Source of the DNA: an uncultured candidate division Zixibacteria bacterium
GTDB taxonomy: Bacteria > Zixibacteria > MSB-5A5 > UBA10806
Assembly: GCA_963817915.1 (NCBI GenBank)
Contig: CAWFQL010000020.1
Coordinates: 1-10,918 of the forward strand
Length of the DNA stretch: 10,918 bases
Direction of reading: 5' to 3'
Positions 5,789 to 10,918 of this stretch are shown here, piece after piece. Every line of letters starts with the position of its first letter. Positions within the stretch are counted from its first letter, which is position 1. Both the position numbers and the translations under genes were made by a program. The notes beneath the pieces are model-generated. The model had not been told where the DNA came from, ran no database searches, and was given only the letters and a program-made list of their open reading frames with translations.

Positions 5789-5851
5789 ATGAAGGATCGT
5801 AACACTCCGCCAAGAGAGAAGAAGAAACCGAAAAAGGAAAAAAAGAAATAA
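5789..5851 (+). CDS. 20-aa lysine-rich small protein MKDRNTPPREKKKPKKEKKK
   Basis: GAGGAGG RBS (5778-5784), ATG at 5789, TAA at 5849-5851, and an intrinsic terminator 10 nt downstream. Too short for the supplied ORF track. Confidence 0.7.
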   Translation: MKDRNTPPREKKKPKKEKKK

Positions 5852-5860
5852 TCGTGATAT

Positions 5861-5890
5861 GCCGCCGCCATAAAAGCGGCGGTTGTTTTT
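5861..5890 (+). terminator. Rho-independent terminator
   Basis: GCCGCCGC-CATAAAA-GCGGCGGT stem followed by TGTTTTT. Confidence 0.8.
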
Positions 5891-5931
5891 GGGAGACTAA
5901 TGATAATTTGTTTTGAAACCATTAATATAAT

Positions 5932-6459
5932 ATGCTAATCCGACCAGCCTCCATAGATGATGCCTTCGATATTGCCAGGGTTCATGTTGATACCTGGCGA
6001 ACAACCTATAATGGCATCATGCCGGACCATGTATTATTGGGACTTAACTACGAAAAAAACGCGCAACGATGGCAGGGCGATTTATCGGATCTGGGCGATA
6101 AAAAATGTGCCTTTGTGTCCGAGGATGATAATGGCCGTATTGTCGGATTTTCGTATGGCGGTATAATTAGGGGCGATATTGTCGGATTCGATTGCGAATT
6201 GTATGCGATTTATATTACCAGGGGTTTTCAGCGTAAGGGGATCGGGAAAAAGCTCTTTATGGCCACTGTCAATTGGATGATGGAACGGGGCTATAGTAAA
6301 ATGCTTGTTTGGGTTGTGAAGGGTAATAAGGCCAACGAATGGTATGAAGGGCTCGGCGGTGTTTTTCATTCGACGAAAACGACGAAAATCGGAGATTCCC
6401 CAATTGAGGGTATCAGCTATGGATGGTCGGACCTGAATATCTTCAAGGATTCACAATAA
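5932..6459 (+). CDS. GNAT family N-acetyltransferase
   Basis: IRPA..DDA..IARVHVDTWRTTY N-terminus; acetyl-CoA motif A ELYAIY...FQRKGIGKKL; C-terminal LVWV..N.A..WYEGLGG. Confidence 0.92.
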   Translation: MLIRPASIDDAFDIARVHVDTWRTTYNGIMPDHVLLGLNYEKNAQRWQGDLSDLGDKKCAFVSEDDNGRIVGFSYGGIIRGDIVGFDCELYAIYITRGFQRKGIGKKLFMATVNWMMERGYSKMLVWVVKGNKANEWYEGLGGVFHSTKTTKIGDSPIEGISYGWSDLNIFKDSQ

Positions 6460-6468
6460 TAGTAAGTT

Positions 6469-6496
6469 TTGATCATTATTTTGATTGATATATAAT
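6469..6496 (+). promoter_or_regulatory. Sigma70 promoter for murQ
   Basis: TTGATC (6469-6474), 16 nt, TATAAT (6491-6496), within an AT-rich intergenic gap. Confidence 0.55.
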
Positions 6497-6523
6497 AAAA
6501 AATACCCTACTAAGATTTGCTAT

Positions 6524-7483
6524 ATGACAACGATTAAGGGCCCAAGCAAAAAAGCCCCAAGCGGCAGGCAGGTTTTCGATGAGCTTAAGGGTCTGATTAC
6601 CGAAAGTATTAATCCGCGCACACGCAATATCGATCGCCTTTCGACACGATCAATTCTGAAAGCCATAAATCGAGAAGATGCCACTGTAGCGACTGTAGTG
6701 GCAAAGGAAATCCCCTATATTGCCATGGCCGTAGAAATGGCGATAAAGACATTCAAAAATAAGGGCAGGCTTTTCTATGTTGGCGCCGGCACATCCGGAA
6801 GATTAGGCGTGCTCGATGCCGCTGAATGTCCGCCGACATTCGGCACCGACCCTAAGATGATCAAAGGTATTATAGCAGGAGGTTATGATTCTCTTATCAG
6901 ATCCAAAGAGGGGGTAGAGGATAATATCGAAGCGGCTATTGCTGATATCAAAAAGAATAGAATCAAATCGAATGATATGGTCATCGGCATAACCGCATCG
7001 AAAAGAACACCGTATGTGTTGGCCGCTCTGCGTGAGGCCAAAAAACAAAAGGCATCAACAGTATTTATTTGCTGCAATCCCCGAAAGACAGTCCCGAAAG
7101 GGTTCGACCTCTCGATTTGCCCCGTGGTCGGTCCGGAAGCGCTTGCGGGCTCATCGAGGATGAAGGCTGGGACCGCTCAAAAAATGATACTGAATATGAT
7201 TACCACCACAACCATGATTCGAATGGGTCGGGCGTATGGCAACCGCATGGTGAATTTGATGGCAACCTCGGAAAAACTGAAGGAACGATCCAAGCGCGTT
7301 CTGATTGATATAACGGGCTGTGACTATGAGACATCGGAGAAAATACTAAAATCGGCCGATGGCTCGGTTAAGATAGCCATAGTGATGGCGTTGACCAGGC
7401 TGTCGAAAAATCAAGCTAAGAAGCTGCTTATCTCCGCCGATGGTTTTATCCATAAAGCGGTTAAAATGGCGAAAAAGCCTTAA
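6524..7483 (+). CDS. murQ: N-acetylmuramic acid 6-phosphate etherase
   Basis: SIS-domain motifs TESINPRT.NID, GAGTSGRLGVLDAAECPPTFG and GPEALAGSSRMKAGTAQKMILNM, then GNRMV. ATG 6524 is preferred over TTG 6485, which lies inside the predicted promoter. Confidence 0.96.
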   Translation: MTTIKGPSKKAPSGRQVFDELKGLITESINPRTRNIDRLSTRSILKAINREDATVATVVAKEIPYIAMAVEMAIKTFKNKGRLFYVGAGTSGRLGVLDAAECPPTFGTDPKMIKGIIAGGYDSLIRSKEGVEDNIEAAIADIKKNRIKSNDMVIGITASKRTPYVLAALREAKKQKASTVFICCNPRKTVPKGFDLSICPVVGPEALAGSSRMKAGTAQKMILNMITTTTMIRMGRAYGNRMVNLMATSEKLKERSKRVLIDITGCDYETSEKILKSADGSVKIAIVMALTRLSKNQAKKLLISADGFIHKAVKMAKKP

Positions 7484-7566
7484 TTAATCATCTAACATTC
7501 TGACATTCAATATATTCCCGTTAGCTACATAATGCAACTTAGGGCTATTATTTGTTTCATTTAGCT

Positions 7567-7594
7567 TAATTGAACCGCAATATTCAGCCGAAAA
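7567..7594 (+). promoter_or_regulatory. Possible sigma28 (FliA/SigD)-like promoter
   Basis: TAAT (7567-7570), 16 nt, GCCGAAAA (7587-7594), compared with consensus TAAA-N15/16-GCCGATAA. One mismatch in each box. Confidence 0.3.
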
Positions 7595-7625
7595 TAAGTA
7601 CGGGAAAGGACTCTATAGTTAATTT

Positions 7626-9413
7626 ATGGATAAGACCCTGGAGTTAGTTAATACCATCAGCTCTGAAATTTCCGATTCTCTGAAGCGCAAAGCGTCCGAG
7701 ACTTTTAATCTATTTATCAAAACCGTAAAGGCAGTCCTGGTTTATCCATCGTCATCCAAGCTTCCCCAGCAATTCAAAGAAGAGCTTTTCAACGCCATTA
7801 CAGCGCTGACAGCCGAACTGGAAACGGTGCCTTTTACTGTTGAAGCCGATAGAATTCTACTCGGCGACCATGAGGTTTACAGAGCATCGAATAAAACCGA
7901 TAATTTCGCGCACACATTTTTCAGAGATGGCATTCAGGACTTCCAATTCAAAAGAGGTATAAGTCAAAAAGAGATAGATTCTTTCGTGGAGATTATCACT
8001 CGAATGCTGCGATCTGCATCGGTCGATGATGATATGGCAACATTGCTTTGGGAAGCGGGATTCGAAAATATCACCTATACCGTAATGGATGATATTCTCG
8101 ATATCCAGACATTCGAATACGGCCCCGAAAATCTCAGAAAGGGAACTGTCCCCTCCAAGCAAGATATAGATGGAATTCTATCCAAGGAGATCGATCTCGA
8201 ATTAAGCGACGAGGATTACGATATCGATTCCCAAAAAAAGAAAGCTGCCAAAAAGAATTCGCCATACGGCAATGTATCCGATCCTGTTAATGATTTTATC
8301 AGAAAAGTTGCGGAATTCACCGACGAAGAACAGGCTGCGATCAATCAGTTGATGCATACTGACAATGAATTCGATTACAAAAAATATACTATCGATCTGT
8401 TGTTTGAAATATTGGGACAGGAAACCGATAACGCCGGATTTCAGGAAACACTCGAATTGATAGCCAAAGTCCGGGATGATTTTATCCGTGCCGCGGAATT
8501 TCTGCCGGCCTCCATGATCTTCGAACGGACCCTTGAATTGGAGCAGGGATTTAGAAATTTGAAGGACCCGAAAGTCGAAAAGATTCAGGCATTTATTGAA
8601 ACCTTCGCCTCCTCCAGCAAAATCAAGATCATCACGGAAGCCCTGAATGGCTCGAAAGAAATCAATTACAACGACGCAATCGAATATCTCAAGCTATTGC
8701 CCTGGCAGGCAATAAATCCGCTCATGGTAGCCCTTGGTGAATTACAACATTATCCCGGTCGACGGGCAGTATGCAAAGCTCTCGAAGTTATAGCGGCAGA
8801 TAAGATCGATATCCTGGCCAAAGGTTTGGAAGATTCTCGATGGTATGTTGTCAGAAATATCGTGGCGGTGCTTGGAAAGATCAATAATCCCAGAGCGCTG
8901 ACCTATCTGAAGAAAACTATTCGCCATCCGGAACTACGTGTTCGCAAGGAAACCGTGGTATCGGCCGCACGAATCGGAAGCGAGGAGGCGGCGGATTTCC
9001 TGGTATTGGCGCTTAAGGACGATGACGAGAAGCTTCAGAGGCTGGCCCTGAATGAATTAGTAAAACAGAAGCACGCCAAGGCCTTTGGATCGATAGAATT
9101 CATGGTGACTGACAGGAAATTCAAGGACAGGCCGCCTGAACAGATTAGAGAGCTCCTCGAGGCTTACGCACAATTAGGCGGCAAGAAGGCATTCGAGCTT
9201 TTGGAGAAGCTGGCCACTCAAAAATTTCTGGTGGCATCGGAAAAGCAGGAACGAGTAAGGGATATTGCCATACGGGCTTTGGGGCTTACTCTACATCCTG
9301 CGGCCAATGAGCTGCTTCAAAAACTGATGGATTCTCGAAACAAAACTATTGCCGAATCCGCCAGGAGAACTCTTGCCAAGGCTACGAAGGGAATCGTCCA
9401 TGAACAGCAATAA
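7626..9413 (+). CDS. HEAT-repeat domain protein (595 aa) with an uncharacterised N-terminal domain
   Basis: C-terminal HEAT_2/PBS-lyase-like repeats: LEDSRWYVVRNIVAVLGKI, HPELRVRKETVVSAARIG, LKDDDEKLQRLAL, RVRDIAIRALG. No signal peptide or TM helix seen. Confidence 0.88.
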   Translation: MDKTLELVNTISSEISDSLKRKASETFNLFIKTVKAVLVYPSSSKLPQQFKEELFNAITALTAELETVPFTVEADRILLGDHEVYRASNKTDNFAHTFFRDGIQDFQFKRGISQKEIDSFVEIITRMLRSASVDDDMATLLWEAGFENITYTVMDDILDIQTFEYGPENLRKGTVPSKQDIDGILSKEIDLELSDEDYDIDSQKKKAAKKNSPYGNVSDPVNDFIRKVAEFTDEEQAAINQLMHTDNEFDYKKYTIDLLFEILGQETDNAGFQETLELIAKVRDDFIRAAEFLPASMIFERTLELEQGFRNLKDPKVEKIQAFIETFASSSKIKIITEALNGSKEINYNDAIEYLKLLPWQAINPLMVALGELQHYPGRRAVCKALEVIAADKIDILAKGLEDSRWYVVRNIVAVLGKINNPRALTYLKKTIRHPELRVRKETVVSAARIGSEEAADFLVLALKDDDEKLQRLALNELVKQKHAKAFGSIEFMVTDRKFKDRPPEQIRELLEAYAQLGGKKAFELLEKLATQKFLVASEKQERVRDIAIRALGLTLHPAANELLQKLMDSRNKTIAESARRTLAKATKGIVHEQQ

Positions 9414-10875
9414 AATCCAGGAGATCAAGGAAAGACAGGACGCATTCGAGCGAAAATTGGAAGAGCTCGGCAACCGGTTAATTAATATCTTCTACGCTAC
9501 TCTGAAGACTGCCTCGCTTTATGAGGCCAATAATAATCGCTACATCGACCAGGCATCGAAACTAAGACAAGTCATCGATGCTATATTCAGCGAGGATCCG
9601 GATTTTTCGATATCATTCAAAGATGGTCATTTCTTCCTGACTGAAATCAGACTGAGAAGCGATCACGAAACCGATATAGCCGAAACATATTTTCTCGAAA
9701 ATTGGCCATTGATGGGAATGTCAGGGCTTTCCTTCAGCAAGGGACTCGATCCCCGTGAGCTTGATAAATTCATATTCTTTATGAGCAATTATGAACCCGG
9801 TCCCGAGCCCGAGGATAATTTCAATTTGATAAAAGATCGTCTGCAACAGCTACAGATCGAAAAAATCATGCCCTTACCTCTTGATCAACTCCATATGGGC
9901 GATTCGGATAATTCCGATTCCGAGGAAAAGAAGAATTCAACCAGGGCGATGGCTCGCAAAACATTCTTCACGGCAATAGCGGTAGTGCAGGATACGGTAA
10001 ATAAGGCCAGAACCCAGAATGTCATAAATATTTCAAAAACCAAACGGGTAGTACAGAGTCTGATAGATCAGATCATCAGCGATGAGGCGGCGTTGCTTGA
10101 AATGACATCATTGCGTAATTTCGATGATTACACCTATGTGCACTCGGTCAATGTTTGCGTGCTATCGCTCGTGACCGGCTATCATCTGGGGCTTGACCGC
10201 AAACGGTTATCCGATCTCGGAGTCGGCGCGTTGATGCACGATATCGGCAAAATGAAACTGCCGATCGAATTAATCAACAAACCCGACTCATTCAACGAAT
10301 ACGACTGGATGCAGATGCGAAAACACCCGATTTTCGGAGTTAAGGCGTTGCTTAAGACCCGCACAACCGACGAAACATCGGCGCGATGTTCATCGACCAT
10401 ATTCGAGCATCATATCTCTTACGATGGCACCGGCTATCCATCGCTAATGAACAACAGAAAGCCATCCCTCTTCGCGCGTATAGTTTCGATTGCTGATAAC
10501 TACAATGCCATGGCTTCGGGGCGTGTATATCATCGCAAGATGAATCTGCCGGATGAGGTTATCTCCAATATGGTTAGCAGAATAGGCACAGCATTCGATC
10601 CAATTATTCTCAAGGTCTTCATCAATGCTATGGGTATTTTCCCGGTCGGTTCAGTGGTTACTTTGTCATCCAATGAGATAGGCATAGTTGCCAAGAACAA
10701 TCCCAATGATCTCGAACGGCCCCAGGTGAAGATTATTGGCAATCAGGATGGCATGCTTGATATGGCCGATGTCAAAATTCTCGATCTCTCGAAAGAAGCC
10801 GGCATCACGGTGACCAAGATAGTCGATACCGACAAATTCAAAATCGATATCGCCAATTACCTCAGTATCGGATAA
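9400..10875 (+). CDS. HD-GYP domain phosphodiesterase (probable c-di-GMP PDE), 491 aa
   Basis: Motifs DDYTYVHSVNV, MHDIGK, KHP..G, EHHISYDGTGYP, IADNYNAM..GRVY, and a C-terminal FPVGSVVTLS domain. ATG 9400 has an AAGGGA RBS and overlaps the upstream gene by 14 nt. Confidence 0.92.
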   Translation: MNSNKIQEIKERQDAFERKLEELGNRLINIFYATLKTASLYEANNNRYIDQASKLRQVIDAIFSEDPDFSISFKDGHFFLTEIRLRSDHETDIAETYFLENWPLMGMSGLSFSKGLDPRELDKFIFFMSNYEPGPEPEDNFNLIKDRLQQLQIEKIMPLPLDQLHMGDSDNSDSEEKKNSTRAMARKTFFTAIAVVQDTVNKARTQNVINISKTKRVVQSLIDQIISDEAALLEMTSLRNFDDYTYVHSVNVCVLSLVTGYHLGLDRKRLSDLGVGALMHDIGKMKLPIELINKPDSFNEYDWMQMRKHPIFGVKALLKTRTTDETSARCSSTIFEHHISYDGTGYPSLMNNRKPSLFARIVSIADNYNAMASGRVYHRKMNLPDEVISNMVSRIGTAFDPIILKVFINAMGIFPVGSVVTLSSNEIGIVAKNNPNDLERPQVKIIGNQDGMLDMADVKILDLSKEAGITVTKIVDTDKFKIDIANYLSIG

Positions 10876-10897
10876 ATCCAACAAAATATATTAGCCA

Positions 10898-10918
10898 GTG
10901 CGGTTGGGTCCCCGCACC
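10898..10918. repeat. GC-rich hairpin at the window edge (possible terminator or another REP-like unit, truncated)
   Basis: GTGCGG(10898-10903)/CCGCAC(10912-10917) stem about 22 nt after the HD-GYP stop. Downstream context is missing. Confidence 0.3.

Noticed and set aside
7490..7526. attC-like ATCTAAC...GTTAGCT pair after murQ, and the short tandem ACATTC repeat
   Set aside because: Only 37 bp long, with no pairing L boxes, no integrase, and a housekeeping gene upstream.
396..10884. Remaining antisense and alternative-frame ORFs in the track (e.g. 396..743, 2758..3309, 3338..3820, 3894..4433, 7857..8162, 10182..10400)
   Set aside because: All overlap well-supported genes and show no motifs or RBS. 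They are treated as shadow ORFs.

Overview
Bacterial chromosomal window with sigma70-type promoters and Shine-Dalgarno sites. A YPNPFN...SGVYF...KMIL C-terminal sorting domain suggests an FCB-superphylum lineage such as Zixibacteria/KSB1/Calditrichota; this is inference only. Left to right: (1) a minus-strand secreted PD40/TolB-like beta-propeller protein whose T9SS-type sorting domain is split by a 1-nt frameshift; (2) a ~500-bp divergent intergenic region with two different REP/REPIN-like inverted hairpin doublets, a perfect palindrome and a candidate sigma54 promoter; (3) a compact type IV minor-pilin operon (PilW-like, PilV-like, a large ~645-aa PilX-like protein with DxDxDG motifs split by a +1 frameshift at CAC_TTT_CGA, and a membrane-anchored Ig-like protein) ending in an intrinsic terminator; (4) a small LiaF/DUF5668-like membrane protein, a ~230-nt symmetric multi-hairpin element, and a 20-aa lysine-rich ORF missing from the ORF track, with its own RBS and terminator; (5) a GNAT acetyltransferase and murQ; (6) an overlapping HEAT-repeat / HD-GYP gene pair whose proteins appear to share a homologous N-terminal domain. 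No rRNA, tRNA, CRISPR array, transposase or integrase was recognised.
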